46,470 nucleotides of DNA, from the NCBI GenBank assembly GCA_047614525.1, contig JBLHEU010000002.1, positions 1 to 46,470 of the forward strand. The letters run 5' to 3'. Positions 16,432 through 24,644 of this stretch are shown here, one piece after another. Origin of the DNA: Bacteroidia bacterium (lineage in GTDB: Bacteria > Bacteroidota > Bacteroidia > UBA10329). Made by a program: the position numbers and the translations under genes. The notes beneath the pieces are model-generated. The model did not search any database, was not told where the DNA came from, and worked only from the letters and a program-made list of their open reading frames with translations. Positions within the stretch are counted from its first letter, which is position 1, and every line of letters begins with the position of its first letter.

Positions 16432-18348
16432 TCAATAAACAACAAAGCGTTGATGAAACAATCCTTTTTCAGAATTGAACTCTACCAGATATAAGCCACT
16501 ATCATACTCGGAGATATTTAGCACCGCACCAGCTCCTTGAATTACGGATTGGTATACCCGCTTACCGCTTGTGTCAAAAACGGATAGATCTCCTGCCAGA
16601 TTAGACTCCGCTAGATTGATAAACAATCTGTTTGATGCTGGATTTGGATGCAGCTGAATGAAAGCGTTCTTATACTCCCCTAGTCCTACTTCGCAAAGAG
16701 CTTGGTCTATCTCAACATCACCGAATTCGTAATTCAACCTTGCCTCTACTGTTTCTGGTCCTTCAGGATAAAACCATGCGTTTAATGAATCTGTGGCCGT
16801 TCCGTACAGAACATCATAGCTCACTAAACAAGAATATTCGCCTGATTGAGATTCTAGCGCACTAATAAATTGCAATTCTGAGTTCGTTTCTCCAACGAGT
16901 TCTACGCCATCTTTACTCCACTGATACGTTACAGGATAAGATGTGGTAATAGATAGCGTCAAATTCTCTCCAGGGCAAATGAGTGTGTCTCCTCCGGTCT
17001 TGGCTATATCTGGGTACATGTATCGTCCTAAAATACATCTGTGGTCGCTGAATTCGGACAAATCCCACAGCACTGGGTCCAGGCTTCGCATGGTGATTAC
17101 CTCATTTGTAATGGTGGTTGGAACTAGGTGTGTTCTATCTCCCCAAGCGTGGTCAATTATTAGTCCGAAATCATCATTGAAATTAGATTCATAAAAACCA
17201 ATATGTTCTGGAATAATAGGATTCATGGTGTCTAAAAACGCTCTGTAATCCATATCAGAACCTGTTGGCTCTGTATTGAAATCGCCTCCAAAAATCACAG
17301 CTTCTCCTTCGGGAATTTCCAAATCTGAAATGAAATCTCTGATTTCGGCCATTTGGGTTCTTCTGGCAAAAATATCGTCCTCTTGACCTCCCGCATCCAT
17401 GTGCGTTCCAAATATATGATAGAACTTACCAAGCTTATTCACCTTGGCATACTTTACTCCTTTATTGGCCAGGCAATCTTGGGCTGCTTGTCCGCATTCG
17501 GCAAAATCTATTTCGTCTTCAACTTCAATTGGCCAACGACTAAAAATCATAACGCCACCATTTGTAGGTATTGGTATTAAACCTGCTGCGTTTAAAATTT
17601 CCGTGCGATAAGGAAAACCAGCGGCTTCCATTGCAGGAACTAAATCTTCTTCTCTAGGAACATCATCAAAGACTTCTGAAAAAACTACTACATCTTGATA
17701 AGGGGAAATTTGAGCTGGCAACAACGCTCCACGATCATCTGCTTGTGGCATCCCAGAAATGCCAAACGTGATCATTTGAATATTGTAATACATGGCGTTA
17801 ACCACATTGGGATTTTCAAAATCAGTTTGGTCAATTTCGTAAATAGGCAAATCGTGTATTGCAAATCGGACGTTTCGATCCATATTGGAATCGTCATTAT
17901 CAGCCTTAAACTTTAGCATTACGTCTTTACCTGCCAAGGTTGTTTGTATTTCATGAAACACATCATCATTGAAAAATGGAACAGAAAACAAATCGCCAGC
18001 AATGGTAAAGTCCATGGTGCTACCACCTATAACTCCCGCAACTCTTAGCTTAATGGTAAGCGTATTGAATTCTCCGATGAGGTCAATATCGTAGAAGGCT
18101 GTATCCCCTTCGGGAACCGCTGTATTTGAACGGTTAACTGTTAAAACTTCTTGGCCTGTAGTTTCTAACCAACCTCTAACAAGTGAATCGCCTACTTCCC
18201 ATTCTTCGGTGGCAACAGTGAGTGTACCAGATTGAGTTACGGCAACATCAAAATCTTGCCAAGTACTATTTCTAACAAATATTGTTGATTGTGATAATGC
18301 TTGTGAGGCAAAACCAGCTACAATAAGTAATGAAAAAATAAGACGCAT
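16432..18348 (-). CDS. Secreted sphingomyelinase-C-like phosphodiesterase (EEP superfamily) with an unknown N-terminal domain, an Ig-like domain and a T9SS C-terminal sorting domain
   Basis: I chose the ATG at 18348 (MRLIFSLLIVAGFASQALSQ signal peptide). The EEP/SMase motif series is QDVVVFSEVFDD, NGGVMIFSRWPI, NKGVKYAKV..HIFGTHMDA, RRTQMAEIRDFI...EAVIFGGDFN and FSDHRCILG. The C-terminus LHPNPASNRLFINL...GLYLVEF...RFVVY is a T9SS CTD. Confidence 0.8.
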   Translation of the reverse strand: MRLIFSLLIVAGFASQALSQSTIFVRNSTWQDFDVAVTQSGTLTVATEEWEVGDSLVRGWLETTGQEVLTVNRSNTAVPEGDTAFYDIDLIGEFNTLTIKLRVAGVIGGSTMDFTIAGDLFSVPFFNDDVFHEIQTTLAGKDVMLKFKADNDDSNMDRNVRFAIHDLPIYEIDQTDFENPNVVNAMYYNIQMITFGISGMPQADDRGALLPAQISPYQDVVVFSEVFDDVPREEDLVPAMEAAGFPYRTEILNAAGLIPIPTNGGVMIFSRWPIEVEDEIDFAECGQAAQDCLANKGVKYAKVNKLGKFYHIFGTHMDAGGQEDDIFARRTQMAEIRDFISDLEIPEGEAVIFGGDFNTEPTGSDMDYRAFLDTMNPIIPEHIGFYESNFNDDFGLIIDHAWGDRTHLVPTTITNEVITMRSLDPVLWDLSEFSDHRCILGRYMYPDIAKTGGDTLICPGENLTLSITTSYPVTYQWSKDGVELVGETNSELQFISALESQSGEYSCLVSYDVLYGTATDSLNAWFYPEGPETVEARLNYEFGDVEIDQALCEVGLGEYKNAFIQLHPNPASNRLFINLAESNLAGDLSVFDTSGKRVYQSVIQGAGAVLNISEYDSGLYLVEFNSEKGLFHQRFVVY

Positions 18349-18449
18349 AATGTGAGGTTGGTGGTGAGTAACGAATATACAACACATAAAATGCAATGCG
18401 TGCATTCTAAAAAAACTCAACCCCAATTCGTCTATTAACTAGAAACGGG

Positions 18450-19886
18450 TTAACGAATTACAACCGGTTTTACTACACGGTTTTCACCATCCAACATTTC
18501 AACCAAGTACAATCCAGAACGCAAGAAGGACACATCTAAGAAACCTCCAGAATCTACAGATGTAAGTTCGGTAATTCGCTTTCCTTCCAAATTCATAATT
18601 GACACTTCAATCTGTCTAGCGTTCTCAAAACTTAATACACCTGATGCATTTGGGTTTGGATAAAACGAAAGCGGCATTTCTCTGCTTACAGAACCGATTC
18701 CAACATCAGAGGAACAAAAGTCTGCCATGGTATCAAACCATAATTTGGAAAAAAGAATACTGGGAGAAGCGCAAGCAAAATGACCAATGGTTGAGTCCCT
18801 CTCAATTACTTGAATATCTGCGGCTCCCGCAGCTATCATGTATTCAGATGCTACAATGGTGTTTAAATAAGTTACTTCTTCATCGCTTCGGCAATAATTG
18901 AACATTACAGGGGCTTGCGGCACCCACTCGTAGACATCATTATCCCTAAGGGCAATCTGCGCTGGGTGCTGTGGGTCAGAAAAGAATGCATCTTGGTAAT
19001 CTTGCTGAAAAATCAATCTCGGAACACTCGGCATTGCGGCATTTAAATCGCCCATGTTAGAGTTACCATCCAATAATGGCGGCAAGGTTACATCATAAGG
19101 TGAAACATAGATCTCTTCAATATTATCATACAAATTTCCGTAAACATGCTGATACGATTGAATGAGATACGGCAAATATCCAGGTTGTGCGTAAGGCTCA
19201 AAAGATGCCACCATATCTAATTGCTCGCCAGACATATCGTAAGGACCGCTCCCTGGAGCGGATGCTGTCACAGTAAATTCTGAACTTAATTCTTCCTGAA
19301 TTTTTCTGTGGGTAGCCATAACCGAATGTCCACCTTGCGAATACCCAACGAGAAAAAGCTGGTCGTTTAGTTCGAGTTGTAAATCGTCACAAATGGTTCT
19401 GCAAGCACGCATTAAATCAATAGAAGCTGTTGCTTCAGACTCGGCATGCTGGTACGGATGAATACCCGGAGATAATCCTAGTCCCAAATAATCTGGTAGG
19501 CACATGGCATAACCGTGCGTGGCTGTCATAACGCCTAAATTCCATTCGCCATTTAAATAGTAGAAAGTGCTGTTCTTTTCAACCTTGGTTCCATGCAGAT
19601 AAGACATCATAGGCATGGCACATGTATCCCCTGTTGGTAAACAGATTAACCCAGATGCAGTGGTTGGTGTTCCATCAACATTTGGAGTGACATAAACCAC
19701 TCTATGTATATCTACTTCATAATTGATAGGAAGTATACCTGGAGGGATTCCGTTGTCCGAAAGAAGTTCATCGATTTCCTCAAAATTGAGATGTAAAACA
19801 ACAGTATCTTCTACAATAGTTCCTTGTGCAAGGCTATAAGTAGCAACGGAGGCAAATAGAAATAATAGGGCAAGGATTTTATTCAT
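18450..19886 (-). CDS. Secreted alpha/beta-hydrolase lipase/esterase with a T9SS C-terminal sorting domain
   Basis: Signal peptide MNKILALLFLFASVATYSLAQ, nucleophile elbow LVGYSQGGHS, and C-terminus FYPNPNASGVLSF...GLYLVEML...VVIR. Confidence 0.8.
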   Translation of the reverse strand: MNKILALLFLFASVATYSLAQGTIVEDTVVLHLNFEEIDELLSDNGIPPGILPINYEVDIHRVVYVTPNVDGTPTTASGLICLPTGDTCAMPMMSYLHGTKVEKNSTFYYLNGEWNLGVMTATHGYAMCLPDYLGLGLSPGIHPYQHAESEATASIDLMRACRTICDDLQLELNDQLFLVGYSQGGHSVMATHRKIQEELSSEFTVTASAPGSGPYDMSGEQLDMVASFEPYAQPGYLPYLIQSYQHVYGNLYDNIEEIYVSPYDVTLPPLLDGNSNMGDLNAAMPSVPRLIFQQDYQDAFFSDPQHPAQIALRDNDVYEWVPQAPVMFNYCRSDEEVTYLNTIVASEYMIAAGAADIQVIERDSTIGHFACASPSILFSKLWFDTMADFCSSDVGIGSVSREMPLSFYPNPNASGVLSFENARQIEVSIMNLEGKRITELTSVDSGGFLDVSFLRSGLYLVEMLDGENRVVKPVVIR

Positions 19887-19890
19887 ACTT

Positions 19891-19898
19891 CAAATGTA
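19891..19898 (-). promoter_or_regulatory. -7 box TACATTTG (minus strand) for the lipase gene
   Basis: Exact TAnnTTTG match. Only 4 nt separate the G from the ATG at 19886. Confidence 0.5.
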
Positions 19899-19929
19899 AA
19901 ATTTCCAATGCAAGCATTGGAAATTTTAC
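19896..19929. repeat. 34-bp perfect palindrome (16-bp arms, 2-nt spacer) in a divergent promoter region
   Basis: gtaaaatttccaatgc-aa-gcattggaaattttac, read directly. Both flanking genes point away from it, so it cannot act as a terminator. Confidence 0.9.
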
Positions 19930-19960
19930 TGACACTTGGTCAAGTAAACCATTTCACCGC

Positions 19961-19968
19961 TACATTTG
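19961..19968 (+). promoter_or_regulatory. -7 box TACATTTG for the 19992 gene
   Basis: Exact TAnnTTTG match, 24 nt upstream of the ATG at 19992. Identical 8-mer to the opposite-strand box at 19891..19898. Confidence 0.5.
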
Positions 19969-19991
19969 AGTCAAACATCAACTCCCTATTT

Positions 19992-21044
19992 ATGAAATTC
20001 ACAGTTACTATTCTCGTTTCCCTCTTCACAATGTCGTCTCTTCTGAGCTTTGGACAGATTACAATTTTGAGTTCCGACTTAACTGCAATTGGTGATGAAA
20101 TTGTTAGGTATTCGGATACCATTCCAACGTACGGTCCAGGCTCTGAAGGGCCTAATCAGCTTTGGGATTTTTCGGCAGCTATAAATGACGAAGCTGCTAC
20201 AACCAACGTAGTTTCTGTTGTTTCGACTCCTTACAATTCAGCTTTCGGGAGCTCAGATTACGCAATGACTGGAGCGACCGACTCATACCTCTTCTTTACC
20301 CACAATAATGTTTACATGGGAACTGATGGAGCCGCTGGAGATTTACTAGAAACCGGAGAAATCATTGAAGCTCAATTCTCGGATCCATTAGTACTTCACA
20401 CCTTTCCAAGGACCTACAATTCCAGATTTGACGACATATACAGTTTCACTGCTGAGGCTGACGGGGCAGCATTTGGAGTTCATAGAATAAGGATAACTCA
20501 CACTGGACAGGTTTTCGACACCACGGATGCCTACGGAACCCTTATCACTCCTACTGGATCTTACGATGCTTTGCGCGTACAAACCATTGATTACACCACC
20601 GATGTAATTGATGTTCAATTACTTCCATTCCCCGCTTTTTGGACTCCATTTACTACAGTGCAAGACACCTCCGTTACATATAGCTGGCATGCAAAAGAAG
20701 AAATGCTAGCAATTGCTGAGTTCACGTTTGACAGTATCGGGAATCCCGCACGCTTCACCTACTCCTCTGTTCCTCCCGTTAGCAGTGTTGGTATTAATGA
20801 TGTAGCATCAACCAAACTTGTGATTTATCCTCAACCTGCCATTGACAACGTTTGCCTTGGTGGTTTAGATAAAAACAAGACGTATCAGACTGAGACGTTT
20901 GCTTTAAACGGCAAAAGCATACAGCACAATCAACTCATTGCAGACTGTCTTGATGTATCGGAATTAGCTCCAGGAATGTACATGCTTGGCTTAAGCTCAA
21001 GTGATGGTACTTTTAGAGAGACCATAAAATTTATTGTTCGATAA
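19992..21044 (+). CDS. Secreted protein of unknown function with a T9SS C-terminal sorting domain
   Basis: I chose the ATG at 19992 (MKFTVTILVSLFTMSSLLSFGQ signal peptide). The C-terminus LVIYPQPAIDNV...GMYMLGLSS...IKFIVR is CTD-like. I recognise no catalytic motif. Confidence 0.75.
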   Translation: MKFTVTILVSLFTMSSLLSFGQITILSSDLTAIGDEIVRYSDTIPTYGPGSEGPNQLWDFSAAINDEAATTNVVSVVSTPYNSAFGSSDYAMTGATDSYLFFTHNNVYMGTDGAAGDLLETGEIIEAQFSDPLVLHTFPRTYNSRFDDIYSFTAEADGAAFGVHRIRITHTGQVFDTTDAYGTLITPTGSYDALRVQTIDYTTDVIDVQLLPFPAFWTPFTTVQDTSVTYSWHAKEEMLAIAEFTFDSIGNPARFTYSSVPPVSSVGINDVASTKLVIYPQPAIDNVCLGGLDKNKTYQTETFALNGKSIQHNQLIADCLDVSELAPGMYMLGLSSSDGTFRETIKFIVR

Positions 21045-21058
21045 ACAAGAGAGACTTT

Positions 21059-22072
21059 CTACCGATTCCTGTCTAGAAAGACATCAACTCTTGTCTTTAC
21101 ATTCTTTCGAATATCCATGTAGAATAGACCATAATCTGCTACATGCAGGTTCTTCACTAGCCTAAACCACGGTGCTTTGGTTTCTACCCACAGCACATTT
21201 CCACCAATATTTTTAATCCTTACGGATATTCTTCGTTTTCTAATCTTTTTCGGATTAAAGACCACCGTGCTTTCATAGTCTGTTTTAACCACTTGATTAG
21301 TGTCTAAGGTCCAAGTTAGTGGATTCACGCTCTGTGTGGTTTTATGCCAATCTCCATCAGGAATAAAGCCGTCTTTGTAACTCATCCAAGAAATCAAGCA
21401 ACCTGTTTCTTCCGCCTTAGAACACATTTTCAGATTAGAATACATTCCCTCATTCACGGTATAACCAATAATGTAGGCCACCACCAATCTGTCCTTTAAA
21501 TCAGTTGTGTCTACCATCTCTTGTAGCAACCTTCTAGTATGATGGGTGCCCTGACTGTGCCCCGCAATAATAAATGGTCGACCATTATTGTAATTATCGA
21601 GAAAATGAATGAAAGCACGTTTAACATCTTGATAGGCAAAGTCAAGTGCTTTATCACCATCTACAGAGGGTTGGTAAAACACTTTTATTATAGCCTGACG
21701 ATATCTTGGTGCGTAAACTCGACATGAAGCATTAAACACGCTGGATTGTAATCGAACAGGGTATTTATCCACCTTTCGGTTGATCTTTTTCATATCCAAG
21801 CCTGCATTCCATAGTGGGCCACGCTGATAAACAGTAGGATGCACGTAAAAAACATCTATCTGTTTAAGGCTATCACCTACCCAAGTTTCACCATCAGGAA
21901 GAACATCGGCCACATCGTTTCTAAATGGCAATGCACTCCATGAATCTAGGGCAGCATAATTAGGTATGTCAGGATGATTTTCAGTATCAAAAGACGTGTT
22001 TTGCGGGAAGGAATTAACTGGCATCAAGCCAGCCAGCAACCCAATAAAAACTAAGAATATCGAGGTTCTCAA
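21059..22072 (-). CDS. DUF3089-like alpha/beta hydrolase (putative lipase), secreted
   Basis: Signal peptide MRTSIFLVFIGLLAGLMPVNS and nucleophile elbow FIIAGHSQGTHH. Size and layout match my recollection of DUF3089. Confidence 0.65.
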   Translation of the reverse strand: MRTSIFLVFIGLLAGLMPVNSFPQNTSFDTENHPDIPNYAALDSWSALPFRNDVADVLPDGETWVGDSLKQIDVFYVHPTVYQRGPLWNAGLDMKKINRKVDKYPVRLQSSVFNASCRVYAPRYRQAIIKVFYQPSVDGDKALDFAYQDVKRAFIHFLDNYNNGRPFIIAGHSQGTHHTRRLLQEMVDTTDLKDRLVVAYIIGYTVNEGMYSNLKMCSKAEETGCLISWMSYKDGFIPDGDWHKTTQSVNPLTWTLDTNQVVKTDYESTVVFNPKKIRKRRISVRIKNIGGNVLWVETKAPWFRLVKNLHVADYGLFYMDIRKNVKTRVDVFLDRNR

Positions 22073-23904
22073 ACCGCAACTTTCCGCAAAGACTTGCTAA
22101 TCGATTCAGATGCCTCAATCTGAGAAATGAACTGATCTATTACAACGGTAGTAAGCAAAGGGTTTACCATGTGATATAGATGTTCTCTAAACAAATCTCG
22201 CTCGTCTTTATCGGTTATATCAATTACTTGAGCGTGGCTTCTATCATAAACCCGAGAGACATACTTAGCCACTCCGTCACGCTCACTTTTAAGAATGAGA
22301 ATTGGAATATTGTGGGCTTCCATGTTTGGAAATTCTGTTTGTTTATCAAGCTTCTTGGACTCAATTAAAGCCGAATGCGTTTGAATAACAAAAATTTTAG
22401 CAGGCAATCTATTTAGCGCACGCTCAATGGGAATTCTATTCAAGTGAGGTAAAGAGCCTAAACTGCTCATAAGTGTTAGAATTCGAGCTTTGGTAGCTTT
22501 CCATACTCGCTCTCTAATGGAGCTTTCCTTACTTATTAACCACTTACTCATAGAGATGCCTCTATTTCTAACTCCTACGTTAGAATCCCACGGAACTATA
22601 TGTCTAGCTGCATAAAACACACTTTTCTCGGCAATTCCTTGCCCTGATGGTAAAATCACGTTGTCTAAAAAGCCTATAAAAGCATGTTTGGCTTCTTCAC
22701 CAAAGAAAGGGTTAGCTCCTATTCTTCCTTTTAGGTACTTCTGAATACCAGGCAATTCATCAAACATCTGCTCCATCATCATAAAATAGATGTTACCCAT
22801 GGAATGATCGAATAGATAAACGGGATGGCCTAATTCACCAAAATGCGCTATAACTTTATCTATATTTCTAACAATATGATTTGAATATTCCTTTATTGGC
22901 AAATCGTTTGGCACGGAGCCGTAATGCATAGCAGCAGCTATATACTTCTTAGTGGGAATTGCGGTTAGCAATCCATCATATGAATTAAGTCCAAGAAAGC
23001 CATGCACAAGTACAACCACGGGCAGTTTAGTTCCTTTGAATTCTTTGTAAGGCTTTGGTAAGTCAACTGTTATTCGACTAGCACCATATGGGGTTTCTCT
23101 TTCTAGTGTAATCTTTGGCCAGGTTAGCGCTCTATCGTCAATGAATACTTTCAGACGCTCTTCCGCTTTATCCATAAATCGCAAAAAACTAGGGCTTTCA
23201 TCCGCCTTTCCCCACCGATAATACAATCGAGCAAGAGCTCTACGTTTTTCCGCTTTGGTTGCTAAAAATGCAATTCGTTTAGTCTTCGTAATGAAGTACG
23301 GAGTAAGAGTAAGCTCCTTTTCTTTTCTATCAGTTACTATACAACCAATTTCCTTTACATCGAATGCATCGGAAAAGCGTGTTATACCTGCAACTCTACC
23401 ACCTGTATCCGTGGCAATAAACATGTAATCCAGCCCTTCTTTGTCTTGCAATTTAAGGTACTCGCTGAGCTTGGTGTTCATTTCGGCACTATACTCCTCC
23501 ATATTATCCCGATTGAGGGATCTACCTAAAATTTGGTCTTTTGTGATTTTCCCAGAAGCTAATAGTTGCTTGAGAAAGCTTATAGCATCGGTAACATCAG
23601 ACATGCCACGCTGCCGACTTAGTTTTGAATTTACAAAAGTGTACCGAATGTTTTCGGGTCTACTCAGCTTGTCGTAATGATCTAAAATGTATTGGTAGGC
23701 TCCAGAGGGGGAAGTACCATGAGAAAGCCCAGCTAAAAACTTTTCTCCTTTACGTGTGCCTTCATTAGCATGCCTAATAAAATCTAGGCCAACAGCCTCG
23801 TCAAATGTTTCCTTAGTATGAAAATACTCCGCAGATGGCGCCACATAAGGACCTGCATACTCTGGCACAATGTCTAAACTCTCCTTTCTCCTGCTCTTCT
23901 TCAT
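22069..23904 (-). CDS. Two-domain protein: degenerate NagB/6-phosphogluconolactonase-like N-domain fused to an alpha/beta hydrolase C-domain
   Basis: The N-terminal LAGLSHGTSPSGAYQYIL resembles the LALSGGSTP motif, but the DER and DGH catalytic motifs are replaced (FVNSKLSRQ, TDTGGRVAGI). The C-terminus has VVVLVHGFLG and the elbow FDHSMGNIY. It overlaps the downstream gene by 4 nt (ATGA). Confidence 0.65.
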   Translation of the reverse strand: MKKSRRKESLDIVPEYAGPYVAPSAEYFHTKETFDEAVGLDFIRHANEGTRKGEKFLAGLSHGTSPSGAYQYILDHYDKLSRPENIRYTFVNSKLSRQRGMSDVTDAISFLKQLLASGKITKDQILGRSLNRDNMEEYSAEMNTKLSEYLKLQDKEGLDYMFIATDTGGRVAGITRFSDAFDVKEIGCIVTDRKEKELTLTPYFITKTKRIAFLATKAEKRRALARLYYRWGKADESPSFLRFMDKAEERLKVFIDDRALTWPKITLERETPYGASRITVDLPKPYKEFKGTKLPVVVLVHGFLGLNSYDGLLTAIPTKKYIAAAMHYGSVPNDLPIKEYSNHIVRNIDKVIAHFGELGHPVYLFDHSMGNIYFMMMEQMFDELPGIQKYLKGRIGANPFFGEEAKHAFIGFLDNVILPSGQGIAEKSVFYAARHIVPWDSNVGVRNRGISMSKWLISKESSIRERVWKATKARILTLMSSLGSLPHLNRIPIERALNRLPAKIFVIQTHSALIESKKLDKQTEFPNMEAHNIPILILKSERDGVAKYVSRVYDRSHAQVIDITDKDERDLFREHLYHMVNPLLTTVVIDQFISQIEASESISKSLRKVAV

Positions 23905-24006
23905 TCTCTAAACTGGCACTCCGTAAAACTCAAATCTACACAGTGTAAACCACAATTGATAACTGAAAGGGCTCAGTTTGTTAACAAAAGAGCAGCATTA
24001 AACTGT

Positions 24007-24486
24007 TTACTTTTGAGGCTGATTTGCAAGGATTTTTTCCGCAGCTGAGATCCAAGCTTCCGCTCCACCTTTTACGTATCCTGTAGAACCAATCTTTCCG
24101 AAGTTAATCTCACCACCCTTTTTAGAGGGGTTTACAAACCAAACCGTAGGATAGCCACGAACTCCGAACATGCGCTGCATATTCATGTTCTGTGTTTTAA
24201 TTGCCTCATCTTGTGCCGTTCTTCTAGGAAAATCTAACTCCATCAAAACAACATTTTCATTTGCCCATTTTGCAAATTCAGGTTTAAAGAATGCCTCTGC
24301 TTGCAGACGTTTGCACCAACCGCACCAATCGCTGCCGGTAAAAAACATCAGCAATGGCTTCTTCTCAGCAATAGACTTATCTACGGCTTCTACCAAGTTG
24401 GTATTCCAATCTGATTCAGTTTTGCCGTCTTGGGCAAACAAATTGATGCTTACAAGCATCGCAATAACTAGGGTTAAACTCTTCAT
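24007..24486 (-). CDS. Secreted thioredoxin-fold protein (CxxC)
   Basis: Signal peptide, then PLLMFFTGSDWCGWCKRL with a WCGWC active site; 159 aa. Confidence 0.85.
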   Translation of the reverse strand: MKSLTLVIAMLVSINLFAQDGKTESDWNTNLVEAVDKSIAEKKPLLMFFTGSDWCGWCKRLQAEAFFKPEFAKWANENVVLMELDFPRRTAQDEAIKTQNMNMQRMFGVRGYPTVWFVNPSKKGGEINFGKIGSTGYVKGGAEAWISAAEKILANQPQK

Positions 24487-24644
24487 GACACGAAACTAGG
24501 ATTTTGTGATTAAACGTGAACAAGCAACTTACGTTGTTTTTATTGTTTGGCAAGCGACATTGCATAAAGCGAGCCAAACACAAAAACTAAATGTATTCAA
24601 GCCGACTTCAGAAACACTTTAAGTTTTCATTTAAAACGTAAAGC

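Noticed and set aside
16139-23904. Genomic island integrated at the tRNA cluster and carrying the hydrolase genes
   Set aside because: I found no integrase, transposase or plasmid/phage gene, and no direct repeat of a tRNA 3' end at the distal boundary.
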